Part shown: one piece after another, positions 46,889 through 59,257 of the stretch
Layout of the letters: each line of letters starts with the position of its first letter
Position numbering within the stretch: the stretch's first letter is position 1
Origin: Dictyostelium discoideum
Lineage: Eukaryota
Length of the DNA: 64,000 nucleotides
Direction of reading: 5' to 3'
Assembly (NCBI GenBank): GCA_000004695.1
Contig: CM000150.2
Span: forward strand, 4,832,001-4,896,000
Translations under genes and position numbers: made by a program
The notes under the pieces: model-generated
The model's input: only the letters and a program-made list of their open reading frames with translations
What the model was told of the DNA's origin: nothing
Databases searched by the model: none

Positions 46889-46999
46889 AAGTATTTTTTA
46901 AAATTAAGGTGATATTAAAAATAAACAAAGATATTAAATTGTTTATTGTTTTTTTTTATTAGTTTGTTAATTTATAGATTTATCTATAGTTAAATTATA

Positions 47000-48597
47000 T
47001 TAAACATCAATTGGTTCTTGAATTTCATCAGTTTGAATTGGTTCTTCTTTTGGTGGAGTTGATGGTAAAGTTGATGACAAATGATCAGTATTCATATCAC
47101 TTTTATCAATTTCTCTTTGTTCAGTATGATTGAATTTACATTTTGGATTTGTACACTCTTTACCAAACTATACATAAAAAAAATAAAAAAAAGGAAAAAT
47201 AAAAAGTTTAAAAATTAGTACCCTTTTGATTGGTTGATTGGTTGATTGGTTGATTGGTTGATTGATTGATTGATTTTTTAATAAAAGATACTTACTTTAC
47301 AATCAGGTATTGGTTGTTCAACAGAATGATGAGCAAAAGTACAATTTGGAGTAACGCAATTTAAACCATAGAGACAAGGTTTACCATGACCGAATGGGCA
47401 AGCTTTACCCATATTACAACTTGTACCGAATTTACAAGCTGGTGGTGGGTGATAAAATCCACAACCAGTCTTTTTATTTGGACAAGCAAAACCATTTCTG
47501 CATGGAATTTCGTTCATTGCTGGTGGTGTAGCAACTGGTGCAGTGGGTCTTTGTGGATGATTATAAACACAATCTACATTTGTACAATTAATTCCAAATT
47601 TACATGGAATTGATGGATGAATATATAAACATTTATCGCCATATGTGCAATTTGGGAATAACCTATACATATTGTTTTTCATTTTTTTAAAAAACATATT
47701 AATAAATTAATTTCAATTTTCTTTTTTTAATTTCTAAAAAATATTATTATGTTTCCATATGAAAAGATTGAAATATAAAATTAATACTTACAAACATTGA
47801 GTTGTTGGATGGTGATATATACAAGCTTCAGCATTTCTACATAATGGCCAATATGAACATCTTTCTTTTTTTGATTTTTTCGGTGAAACTAAATCCAAGG
47901 GTATATTAACTGGATCATCAGTTGTATCATTGATTGTATTACTTTTATCGATTTCATCATCATCATCTCTATTTATATTTTTTCTTTTCTTTGATCCTGT
48001 ATTTATATCATTCATTGTAATTGTAAAATTTGGTTGTTGTTTATTATTACTATTATTACCATTCTTTCTATTACTATTATTATTATTATTATTATTATTA
48101 TTATGTTTATCTTTTTTTATAAAATCTTTTTTACCATTACTATAGGTATTATTGCTACTATTGTTACTATTATTATTATTGTTATCAATATCATAATGAG
48201 AATCATTTAAAGATTCTTCAGTCATTGGCACTCTAACATTTTTTGTATCTTCAGCAGCTTGTTTTACTGCATTTAAAATTAATCTTTGGGTTGGTGGTTT
48301 CTTTGCGGTTTGTTGTTGTTGTTGTTGCATAGTGGTATCGTTGATTTGTTTTTGTTTGTTAATGGATTCAAAATATGATGGTATATAATTCCAAAGCCAT
48401 CCGGCAAATTCACCTGCTTTATCAATACCAATGAAATCTGATAAATCATTTGCCATCTCTTCTTTGGTTTTATTATTTCTTACCATAACTGATATATACT
48501 CTGTTAAAATATTATCACACTCTAAATAATTCTTTACTTCATTTTGAATTGTATCCACGATCTCTGGTGTATAATTATATCCACCTAATGTTGTCAT
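47000..48597 (-). CDS. ZC3H14/Nab2-like nuclear poly(A)-binding CCCH zinc-finger protein, 446 aa. Exons are join(47792..48597, 47296..47662, 47000..47167).
   Basis: The N-terminal PWI-like domain (MTTLGGYNYTPEIVDTIQNEVKNYLECDNILTEYISVMVRNNKTKEEMANDLSDFIG..AGWLWN) parallels ZC3H14/Nab2. There is then a Q/N-rich low-complexity middle. Tandem CX5CX4-5CX3H fingers follow (CSYWPLCRNAEACIYHH; CTYGDKCLYIH; CKFGINCTNVDCVYNH; ...; CKFGKECTNPKCKFNH, which spans the last intron). Confidence 0.8.
47221..47275. repeat. (TTGATTGG)5(TTGA)4 compound microsatellite inside intron 2 of the ZC3H14-like gene
   Basis: ttgattggttgattggttgattggttgattggttgattgattgattgatt seen directly. A G/C-containing octamer repeat is unusual in these introns. 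Confidence 0.9.
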
Positions 48598-48914
48598 TTC
48601 TTTTTCTTTTTTTTTTTTTTTTTTTTTTGCTACTAAATGTTTTTTATTTTTCTTTTTTTTCTATTATAAAAAAATAAAAATAAAATAAAAACGTTTTTTA
48701 ATTAAATAATAATATAACGAATGATTTATATTTAAAATAAACTAATCTGAATTGTTGAAAAAAAAAAAAAAAAAGTGTTTGTGTGTGGGATATTGTGGAA
48801 ATACAAAAAATAAAAAAAAATATAAAAAAAAATATAAAAAAAAAAAAATAAAAATAAAAATTTAAAAAAAGAGAAAATTCAAAAAAAAAAAAAAAAAAAA
48901 AAAAAAAAACAAAA

Positions 48915-48965
<51 letters not shown>

Positions 48966-49216
48966 AATAAATTAATAAATAAATAACGAACGATTATTTT
49001 GACCATCTTTTTTTTTTTACTCTTTTTTTACTTAACATTTATTTTTTTTTGTTTATTATTTTATTTTTTATTTTTTTTTTTTTATTTTTTTTTGGATTAA
49101 AATTTTTAATTTTTTTTTTTTTTTTAATTTTTTTTTTTTTTGAATTTTTTAAATTTTTCATTTTTTGTTCAAATATCACACTCACAGTAATCACCCACAT
49201 ACATATATATAAAATC

Positions 49217-49761
49217 ATGGAAAATAGATTAACCACTAGCTCAATTGTCACTAGACCATTAACCCCAAGATATCCAGTTATTATTAAAGATCCAACAAAT
49301 AAGGATGTTATATCTAACTTTAGATTAGGTGATCATTTCTTAGCTTTAGGTGTTACAACCATCCTTACATCTGGTTATTACTATTCAACTTGTAAGTAAT
49401 ATGACACATCCCCCCTGTCTACTTTAATTAATTTAGTAGTTATCTAATTTAATTAATAAACTTTTATCAATTTATTATTATTATTATTATCATTATTATT
49501 ATTGAAATTACAATAAATTATGATTGACAATTATCCAAATTTTATTTTCTATGGAAAATAAAATAATAATAATCATAATAATAATCAAAAGATCTTCATA
49601 AACCATCAACTATTTTATGGGGTGCATTTATTTTACCAACTATGTACGTTTTAAGTGGTGAACGTGTTTCACAAAGATTAAAGGGTGTACAAGAAAATCA
49701 AAAAGATTGTGCTAAATATGGTATTGAATTCACTCAAAATATAACTCCATACAATTTATAA
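49217..49761 (+). CDS. Small two-transmembrane-segment protein of 114 aa, possibly a mitochondrial inner-membrane protein; unassigned. Exons are join(49217..49391, 49592..49761).
   Basis: MENRLTTSSIVTRPLTPRYPVIIKDPTNKDVISNFRLGDHFLALGVTTILTSGYYYST | YLHKPSTILWGAFILPTMYVLSGERVSQRLKGVQENQKDCAKYGIEFTQNITPYNL*. The donor is T|GTAAGT (phase 1) and the acceptor CAAAAG|ATC. Confidence 0.55.
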
Positions 49762-50132
49762 ATTACAATACAGAAAAAAAAAAATAGTAATAATAATAAT
49801 ATAAAAAAAAAAAAAAAAAAATTTCAAGTAAATAATATAAAACATAATTGGTATAATAGCATAAAAAGGAAGAAAGAAGAAAAAAAAAAAAAGAAGAAAT
49901 CGAATATAAACAAAACTATTTTTTTATAGTTTTTTTTTTTTTTTTTTAATTAATTTTAAATAAACTTTTTTTTTTATAAAAAAAAAAAATAAACGAACGA
50001 AATAGTTTTTTTTTTTTTTTTTTTTCATTTTTTATTTTTATTTTTACTTTCCTTTTTTTTTTTTTTTTTTTAACCATAACTTACGGTCTAAACAAAATAA
50101 TAATATATACAGATAAATAAAAAAAAAAAAAA

Positions 50133-50733
50133 ATGGAAAATAATGAAGTAGAAATGAATTTCGAGGATAAAAGATACCAAAGTATCCAAGAAGCAGAAAA
50201 AAAAGTTTTAGAAATGGCAAAAGTTCAACTTTTTAATAGTTTTGAATCTTTAAAAGATAAAGCAAATGAGATTACAAAATTATTTGATGATTGTGTACCA
50301 ACAATACCAACAAATAATCCTCAAATTTATACTTTGGTTACAGTTTTAAATTTATTACTTAAAAATGAATTATCAACTTTTATTGTAAGTTTTTTTTTTA
50401 AAAAAAAAAAAAAAAAAATAATAATAATGAATATTAATAGTTTTTTTAATAATTTTTAAAAAATAGGATTCAAGAAAATCAGTTTGTTTAAATGGTAATA
50501 CATTATTGAATGAAATGAAATCATTTAAAGTTGAACAAGTTAGCTTTCATTGTTATTCATTATTAAAAGGATATTTTGAAAATGTTCAAGATGATGTTTT
50601 AAATTGTGATTTTGTTTATGAAGAGATTGAAAAGTATGGTCAAATTGCAATTGATCTTTATGAATGGATCGATTCAAACTTCACAATAATATCTGTTAAA
50701 TATAGTGAAGATATTTATGATGAAGAAATGTAA
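50133..50733 (+). CDS. Hypothetical 172-aa protein. Exons are join(50133..50384, 50467..50733).
   Basis: MENNEVEMNFEDKRYQSIQEAEKKVLEMAK...NELSTFI | DSRKSVCLNGNTLLNEMKSFKVEQVSFHCYSLLKGYFENVQDD...IYDEEM*. The donor is ATT|GTAAGT (phase 0) and the acceptor AAATAG|GAT. Confidence 0.5.
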
Positions 50734-50825
50734 TATTAATTAATAAAAAAAAAAAAGAAATATTAAAAAAAAGAAATATTATTAAAAAACTATAATTATA
50801 TTTGTTTTTGTTTTAAAAATTAAAT

Positions 50826-52265
50826 TTATTTTTCATCAATTGATTGATTTTCATTTTCTTTATTGTTTGATTGTTTTGCAGATTTCTTTTCTTCTAAAGT
50901 TTTATAATATTCCATACTTTGATCATAGAATTGATTTGGATGATTAATTAATTTTGTTAAAGTATTATTTGGATGAAGAAAATTGAAATGTTTTGTACAA
51001 GCTACATTTGGAGAAGTTTTGGTTGCTTCAAGGATTTGAATTCTTTGGAAATCATCAATACCTAAATCCAAGAGTTTTTGTTCCAATCTCTCTAAACTTT
51101 GTATATAAGGACAACCATGAACTAGTTTATCACCATTGTGAGGTGATTTTGAGATGATTCTAGGACAAGAGTATGGTGAATAATTTGTGGATTTACCTTC
51201 TAACCCATAGTTATGACGAATGTTATAAAGATATTCCTTATCGAAATCAGTGTTTGAAACTCTCTTTGAGAAGGCAATTCTCCAAAAGTTGATAGCTTCA
51301 TCATAGGGTAAACCAATACCCTTTAAAAAAGTTCCAAATTGTAAACGACCTTCATATTTAAGTGAACTAGTCTCAACCAATGAATCATACATTACCCTCA
51401 TACACATTGGGAAAGATGTCTTTGATAATGGTGATACATCTTCCTTTCTAATATGTTTGGTATTTCCAAGTTGTGGTTTATTTGTACCATCACCTGCTTT
51501 TGGTAAGGTTGTAAAGAATTGAATTAACTCTGGAAACTCTTCTTTTATACGAGTTTTATCGGCTTTAATACGATCCAATGCAAAGTTCATATAGTTTTTA
51601 AATGTATGTATAACCATATCTTTAAAATTTGAAATATATATATATGCTTCACCTTTAATAATAATTGCTTTCTTTGTATCAATTAATTTTGGTATATCTT
51701 GAAATGGTAACTTTTAAAATAAATATTATTAAATAAATTGTTCATTAATACCATCATCATCATCATCATCATCACACCCACCACAACAACCATCACCAAT
51801 AATAATAAATAAACAAATTAAATTAAAATACTTACTTTATAGAAATGAGTATTATTTACTTCATTTAAATTTAAATTTGCCTTCTTTACTAAATAACCTA
51901 AATCATCTTGATATTGTTCATATTCTTCTTGTGAAACTGGTGACCAACCAAATCCTTTGAATGATGATATTATTGTTGTTAAATCTGATTGATTTAATCT
52001 ATTTGCTAATAATATTGACTCTGTTGTGATAAACCAATTCCTATCAGTCGAGTCACACATTGCCAATCTAAGACAATAATGTGATAATTCATCTTTAATC
52101 TTAAATTGTTCATCTTTAGTTGAGCCTAAAAATCTGCTTGATAAATTACGAAAATCTTCATTATCCTTACTTGTATTGGATTTTTGTGCTGAAAGTGTAT
52201 CTTTTAATTTTGATACCTCATTTAATACTAAAAAACAATAATTTAAATAATATTAAAGAATTTTA

Positions 52266-52296
<31 letters not shown>

Positions 52297-52472
52297 TTTA
52301 TTAAGAAATTATTATTGAATTTGGGTTGATACTTACAATTAAATCTATCTATACAATAGTTTTCAATTTGCGACATATTGCAATTGAAATCTGGAACATT
52401 TATATATAATAAACTACAAGCATCATTTGATGTAGATGTTTGGCTATTTGTTTTTTTACCTGCTCTTAACAT
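50826..52472 (-). CDS. DNA primase large subunit (PRIM2/PriL), 470 aa. Exons are join(52337..52472, 51836..52227, 50826..51710).
   Basis: The N-terminal region (...SLLYINVPDFNCNMSQIENYCIDRFN / LLNEVSKL...HYCLRLAMCDSTDRNWFITTE...) is collinear with PRIM2. The C-terminal Fe-S domain carries the four cluster cysteines in their conserved contexts: TSFPMCMR, YSPYSCPRII, HGCPYI, VACTKHF. Donors are T|GTAAGT and AAA|GTAAGT. Intron 2 contains a (GATGAT)n tract. Confidence 0.88.
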
Positions 52473-52513
52473 TCTCTTTTTAATTAAGTATTATTGGATT
52501 AAAATAAAAAATG

Positions 52514-52544
<31 letters not shown>

Positions 52545-52549
52545 TTTTC

Positions 52550-52587
<38 letters not shown>

Positions 52588-53045
52588 GCCACCCGAAACA
52601 TATTATTTATATTTTTAAATTTATTTTTGTTTTTTTAATTTATTTTTTTATTTATTTAATATCATTATTTTTATTTTTTTTTTTTTTCAATCTATCACCC
52701 AAATCAATACAATGAAAAAATATTGGCAATAATTTTTATAAACAAAAAAAAAAAAAAGAACAAATGGTATTTATTTGGAAAAAAAAAAAAAAATTTTAAA
52801 AAAAAAAAAAAAACTTTACATGAATATGAAATTTGGATCAAAATGGCTATGAAGTTTCAAAATTTGTCGAAAAAAAAAAAAATTAAAAAAAAAAAAATTT
52901 TCATTTTTTTTTGAATTTTTTGAAAAAAAAAAAAAAAAAATGAAAAATTAAAAAAAAAAAAAAAAAGAACAGATAGTCTCCACCAAACGATATTTATATA
53001 CATCCAATATATTTTTATATATTGAATTAAAATTTTAAAAAAAGA

Positions 53046-54981
53046 ATGTCAAACAAGGTATTAATGATTGATGGTGATCGTATCAGTGGTAATGAAGTTA
53101 GAGCACAAAATGGTAAATAATTCAACTTTTTTTTTTTTCTTTTCTTCAACCACAATATTAATTTTTTTTTCTTTAAAACACCCACAACCAACATTTTGAA
53201 TAAATTTTCTTTTTTATTTATTTTTCAACTACAAAAACAATCATAAATAATATTTTAATTAACTTTAAATCAAATATAATGAAAAATCAAACAATAATAT
53301 GAAAAATCAAACAATAATCATTGTCAATTATTATTATTTTTTTACATAAATTTTTATTTTTTTATTTTTTTATTTTTTTATTTTTTTTAATAATTTTATA
53401 GTTTTAGCAGTTACAGCAATTGCAAATATAGTTAAAACATCATTTGGACCAATTGGTTTAGATAAAATGTTAATTGATAATATTGGATCAATTGTTGTTA
53501 CCAATGATGGTGCAACCATTTTACAAAAGATTGATATAGAACATCCAGCAGCAAAGATTTTAGTACAATTATCAGAATTGCAAGATCAAGAAGTTGGTGA
53601 TGGTACAACTACAGTTGTAATTTTAGCAGCAGAATTATTGAAACGTGCCAATGAATTGGTAGCACGTAAAGTACATCCAACAGTTATTATTAGTGGTTTT
53701 AGATTAGCATGTACAGAAGCAATCAAATATATCAACGAAACATTAGCAGTTAAAGTTGAAACCTTACCAAAGGATTTCATTGTAAACATTGCCAAGACAT
53801 CAATGTCATCAAAGACCATCAATGACGATAGTGATTTCTTTTCAAAGATTGTCATTGAGGCAATCACTCGTGTGAAAACCATCGATTACAAAGGTGACGT
53901 AAAATATCCAATCAATGCCATCAACATTTTGAAAGCCCACGGAAAGAGTGCAAAAGAGAGTACCCTCGTCGAAGGTTATGCCCTCAATTGTACAGTCGCT
54001 TCCGAAGGTATGCCAAAACGTATTCAAGGTGCTAAAATCGCATTTTTAGATTTCAATTTAGCAAAGACCAAAATGAAATTGGGTCAAAAGGTTGTCGTAA
54101 CCAATGTAAATGATCTCGAAGCAATCAGAGATAGAGAGAATGACATTGTAAAGGAACGTATCTCACTTATCATTAAATCTGGTGCAAATGTTGTACTCAC
54201 CACCAAAGGTATCGATGATTTATGTTTGAAATACTTTGTTGAAGCTGGTTGTATGGCCGTTCGTCGTTGTAAAAAAGAAGATCTTAAACGTATCGCCAAA
54301 TCATGTGGTGGTACAGTCTTAATCACACTTGCAAATCTCGAGGGTGAAGAATCATTTGATACCACCGCCTTGGGTATTGCCGATGAAGTTGTTCAAGATA
54401 GATTGGCCGATGATGAATTAATCATTGTCAAAAACTCAAATAAGAAATCAGCTTCAATCATTCTTCGTGGTGCCAATGAATTAATGTTGGATGAAATGGA
54501 ACGTTCCATTCATGACTCTCTCTGTATCGTAAAGAGAACTTTAGAATCTGGAACCATTGTTCCAGGTGGTGGTGCAGTTGAATCTGCCCTCTCTATCTAT
54601 CTCGATAATATTGCCGCCACAATGGGTAGTCGTAAACAATTAGCAATCTCTGAATTTGCTGAATCCCTCTTGGTTGTACCAAAACAATTGGCTGTAAATG
54701 CTGCTCTTGATGCCTCTGATTTAGTTTCAAAATTAAAAGCCTATCATCATGCCGCTCAAACTGATCCATCAAAGAAATCTTACGCATACTCTGGTCTCGA
54801 TTTATTCAATAACAAAGTTAGAAATAATTTAGAGGCTGGTGTTTTAGAACCTGCCATTGCCAAAATCAAATGTATCAAATTTGCAACTGAAAGCGCTATC
54901 ACCATCCTTCGTATCGATGATAAAATCACTCTTAATCCAAGAGAACAACAAGGTGGTGATCATGAAGGTCATGGACATTAA
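53046..54981 (+). CDS. tcp1: T-complex protein 1 subunit alpha (CCT1/TCP-1 alpha), 548 aa. Exons are join(53046..53112, 53402..54981).
   Basis: MSNKVLMIDGDRISGNEVRAQN(V)LAVTAIANIVKTSFGPIGLDKMLIDNIGSIVVTNDGATILQKIDIEHPAAKILVQLSELQDQEVGDGTTTVVILAAELL...GGGAVE... is near-identical in motif order to TCP-1 alpha (MEGPLSVFGDRSTGETIRSQNVMAAASIANIVKSSLGPVGLDKML...). The donor is G|GTAAAT (phase 1). Confidence 0.92.
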
Positions 54982-55450
54982 AAAAAAAAAAAAAAATAAA
55001 AAAATAAAAAAAAAAAAAAATAAAAAATAATATGATAACAAAAAAAAAAAAAAATATTAAAAAAAAAATAAAAAAAAAAAATTAAATAAATAAAAAAATA
55101 AACATAAATATGTATACCATTTTTTATTATTTTTTTTTTTATTATATTTTTTCTAATGATTTAAATGAATTAAGGGAACACTGTTTTTTTTTTTTTTAAT
55201 CATAAAATTAAACCACCATGTTTAAGTGTCAAAAATATCTTTTTTTATTTTTTATTTTTATTTTTTTTTTATTTTTTTTTTTCAAATATAAAAAATTCCG
55301 ACTTTTTTTTTTATTTTTTTTTTTTTTTTTCTTCAATTTTTTATTACACACAACCAATTTAAAAAAAAAAAAAAAAAGAAACAAAAAAAAAAAAAAAAAG
55401 AAATTTATTTATTTTTTTATTTTTTGTTTTAAGCATGTATCAAAAAAGAT

Positions 55451-55669
55451 ATGGATTTGGATTATAGTAGTGACAATTCGAGATTAGTAGCTGACAACCA
55501 AAACAATAAAACCAACACAAAAAATCAATCACAGCTATCTACATCTTCACAAATACCACAAACATCACAATCATATCAACAACAACAACAACACAATCAA
55601 CAACAACAACAACAACAACAACAAAAACAAAACTCACGACCTTCAAGCCCAAAAACGATTCAAGCAAAG

Positions 55670-55733
<64 letters not shown>

Positions 55734-56027
55734 GAGCAACAATATCTCACCCTCCAACATCCCAATCAAATGAAGATCTTTCAAGCTCTGCAGAGATTCA
55801 CCACGATGATTCGGCACAATTAAATTCTAATATATTTGAGAATTTAGGCTTCGTTATTGATATTACTATAAATTTAAAGAGGAAGATGGAATTGGTTAAA
55901 ATAATTAAAAAAAATGGAGGCAAAAGTTGTTATTCTTGTACAAAGGTATGTTTTTATTATTATTTTATTACTTTTTTTTTTTTTTTTTTAACAACACTAA
56001 TCTTTTATTATTATTATTATTTTATTA

Positions 56028-56062
<35 letters not shown>

Positions 56063-56742
56063 GCTACTCACTTAATTACAACTAAACAAGGGTATCTAGA
56101 AAAAACACAAAAAGTAACACAAGCAATATCACTAGGTATACCTATTTTAGTAAAAGAGTATGTTCATTATTGTGCTTTTAAAAAGGAATTACTCGGAGTA
56201 GAAAATTATTTGGTTTCTTCTTTAATTTTGGTATGTTTATTTTTTTTATTCTCATATTTATTATTTTCCTTTTTAATTTCTGACTTTTTTTTTTTATTTT
56301 TTTTATACCTTAATATAGAATCCCACATCTACAACATTAAATAGTTCTCAAGATTTAATTGAAAAACCAAATGAAGAGGAACCTCAAAATGGAACAATCA
56401 ATGAACAACCAATAGCAATGACAATCGATAATACTTTGGAAAGTAATAAACCAATAGAAACAATACAGCCTTCATCTTTAGAAAAACAGGAACCAAAAGA
56501 AACTGAATTACAAACACAACAACAGCCACAAACAGAGTTAAAATCAGAATTAGAACCACAACAACTTCAATTAATACAAGAAAAAGATAAAAATATAAAC
56601 AATTTATCAATTGATTCAAATCATATGGATACATCGAAAATAGAAGCAGGCAATAATATTTCAAATCAAACCCAATCGAATATTATAAGCTCTGTAGTTC
56701 AAACAATTGAACCTCTTAAAGAATGTAACAAGATCGATCTTG

Positions 56743-56835
<93 letters not shown>

Positions 56836-57926
56836 GTAGTAGTAATAATAAAAATAAAAATAATGTAGATGAAGCACAAGAAGGATTAAATATAAATAGT
56901 GTAATGGATGTTCATTTAACATCATCGACATCATCAACTTTATCATCATCAGATAATCAAGACAATGAATTATTGAGAGATGAGGGTACAACACCTAAAT
57001 CTAAAAAGAAATTCTCACAAAAAAAGAATCATCTTTTAAATTTAAAGAAAAGTTATCAAGATCCAGAGATTATAGCACACTCAAGACCAAGAAAAAGTAG
57101 TGGTGGTGTTTCTTTGGTAGAGGCACTATCAGATCATGCAAATTATATTTCAAATTTAGATGGTTTTAAATATTATGCCAGAGCTAATAAGAGTAGTCTA
57201 AATAGTAATGCTACTACATCAGGAGGCAATAATAGATCAATCAAATTAAACGAGTATAAATATGATGATGAAGAGGAAGATGAAGAAGATGAGGATGAAG
57301 AAGATGAAGAAGAGGATGAAGAAGAGGAGGAGGAGGAGGAGGAGGAAGAAGAAGATTATGATGATGAGGATTTAAATGATGAGGAAAGTGATGAAGATGA
57401 TTTTGATAGTGATGAAGATGTTTCAAGATTTATTAAAGGAAAGTTATTACAAAAACAACAGAAAATCTATAAAGATTTAGAAAGATTCGAGCATTCTCGT
57501 CAGCAGCAACATCATCACCACCAATCAAGTCAAGTCAATAGTTCAAAACCAAGATCTAGATCACATTCTAGAGATTATATCGAAAGTGAAATTGCCAAAT
57601 ATCTCCTCAATAATAGTGAGAAACAAATACCTTTATCACCAACAAAGAAGAGATCATTATCAAATCAATTTCACCAAGATGGAGGTAATAATACCACCGA
57701 TGGTAACTTGTTTAATAATTTTAGTACCAATGGAGGAGGTAATAGAACAAATATTGATGATTCCATAAAACAATCAATATTGGAATCACCATCATCATCA
57801 TCACTCAAATCTAGTAAAAGTAAAAAATCAAAAAAACCATTCTTACCTCCACTTTCGACATTAGTTCATATCTTAGTTACTTTTATCATTCTTAGTGCAT
57901 TTTTTATGTCTTTACCCTCAAATTAA
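55451..57926 (+). CDS. BRCT-domain protein of about 756 aa with Q/N-rich and D/E-rich tracts and a C-terminal hydrophobic (possibly tail-anchor) segment. Exons are join(55451..55945, 56063..56230, 56319..57926).
   Basis: BRCT hallmarks span exons 1-2: FENLGFVIDITI...LVKIIKKNGGKSCYSCTK | ATHLITTKQGYLEKTQKVTQAISLGIPILVKEYVHYCAF. A poly-N run follows, then an acidic block (DDEEEDEEDEDEEDEEEDEEEEEEEEEEEEDYDDEDLNDEESDEDDFDSDED). The C-terminus ...KKPFLPPLSTLVHILVTFIILSAFFMSLPSN* is strongly hydrophobic. Donors are AAG|GTATGT and TTG|GTATGT, both phase 0. Confidence 0.7.
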
Positions 57927-57941
57927 AAATGTAAAATTAAT

Positions 57942-57987
<46 letters not shown>

Positions 57988-58351
57988 AAAAAAAAAAAAT
58001 ATCCACATATAACCAATAAAAAAAAATCTCTTTCCCCAAATTAAATATCTTTTTTTATCACATTATTTTAATTTATTTTTTTTTTATTTTTTTTATTTTT
58101 TTATTTTTTTATTTTTTGGTTTTGAGGACAGGAAAAGTGCGTTGAAATTTATTTTTGATTTTTTTTTTTTTTTTTAGTTTTTTTTTTTTTAGTTTTTTTT
58201 TTTTTTTTATTTTCTTTTCGTTGAATTTAATAACCAATCAAAAAAACAAAACAATTTAGTAATATATAATAAATAAAATATAATAAATTAAATATAATAA
58301 ATAAAATATAAAAGGAAAAGAAAAAAAAAAAAAAAATTAAAAAATTAAAAA

Positions 58352-59216
58352 ATGGGAAACCAACAAAGTTCTGGAATTGAAGGATCAAAACCAATTTCAG
58401 CATTTTATTATAATAATATTAGTACAGTGATATCAAGGGATGGATTTTATTTTTTTAATAATCAAAGTCAAAGATTTGAATCATCTAAAAGACCAATTAC
58501 ATTTGTAATTTATGATGAAGAAGGAAATCAATTTATAACAGGAGAAGATGATTTTTTCATTCGTTTATATAATGAAGATGGTACATATATTAAACAATTA
58601 CCAAATTTACAATCAAATATAACAACAGATGTAATTGCAATTTCACATCAAGATTTTATTCGTGTTTTATTTCCAATTAGAAATATTGATTTCCATCAAA
58701 TAAATTCAAATTCAAATAATAGTAATACAATGTTATTATCAGGTGGTATGGATGGAACAATTAGATTATGGCAAGTTGAAACAGGTAGTTTATTAGCAGT
58801 ATATAATCAAGATATTTCAAAAGTAACCATGAATGGTATTATCGATACAACATCAGCAGGAATTACAGCATTAACATTTGATCCAACCAATTTATTAGTT
58901 ATATCTGGTACATCCGATGGTATAGTTCGTAAACATTCACTAAGAGAACGTGTTATAATGGGTACTTTTATTGGTCATAGTAGAGGTGCAATTTTAAATT
59001 TATTACTCACAAAACATGGTCATCTTTTATCATCTTCAATGGATAGAACTATAAGACTTTGGGATATTGATTCAGGTAAACAAATAACTGGTTGTAAATA
59101 TTTCTCTCAAACTATGGTTTATGATCATCATAGAGATATTGTTTTCGCTGCTTCTGATACTGGTACAATAGCTGTAATTCAAATTGTTAAAGATTTAAAT
59201 AATTCTTGTATGTATA

Positions 59217-59257
<41 letters not shown>

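Noticed and set aside
47386-48145. Plus-strand ORFs 47386..47613 and 47930..48145
   Set aside because: They are antisense to the CCCH-finger gene.
49039-49251. K-rich minus ORF and the F-rich 5' part of ORF 49049..49399
   Set aside because: They are homopolymer translations upstream of the real ATG at 49217.
52378-52914. K/F-rich small ORFs
   Set aside because: They are A/T tracts in the primase/CCT divergent promoter.
53586-55041. Minus-strand ORFs inside or after the CCT alpha gene
   Set aside because: They are antisense to a gene with full-length chaperonin homology, or pass through the poly-A 3' flank.
56398-57426. Minus-strand ORFs (poly-I, poly-Y, H/P/L-rich)
   Set aside because: They are the antisense of the (AAT)n and acidic (GAAGAG)n tracts of the BRCT gene.
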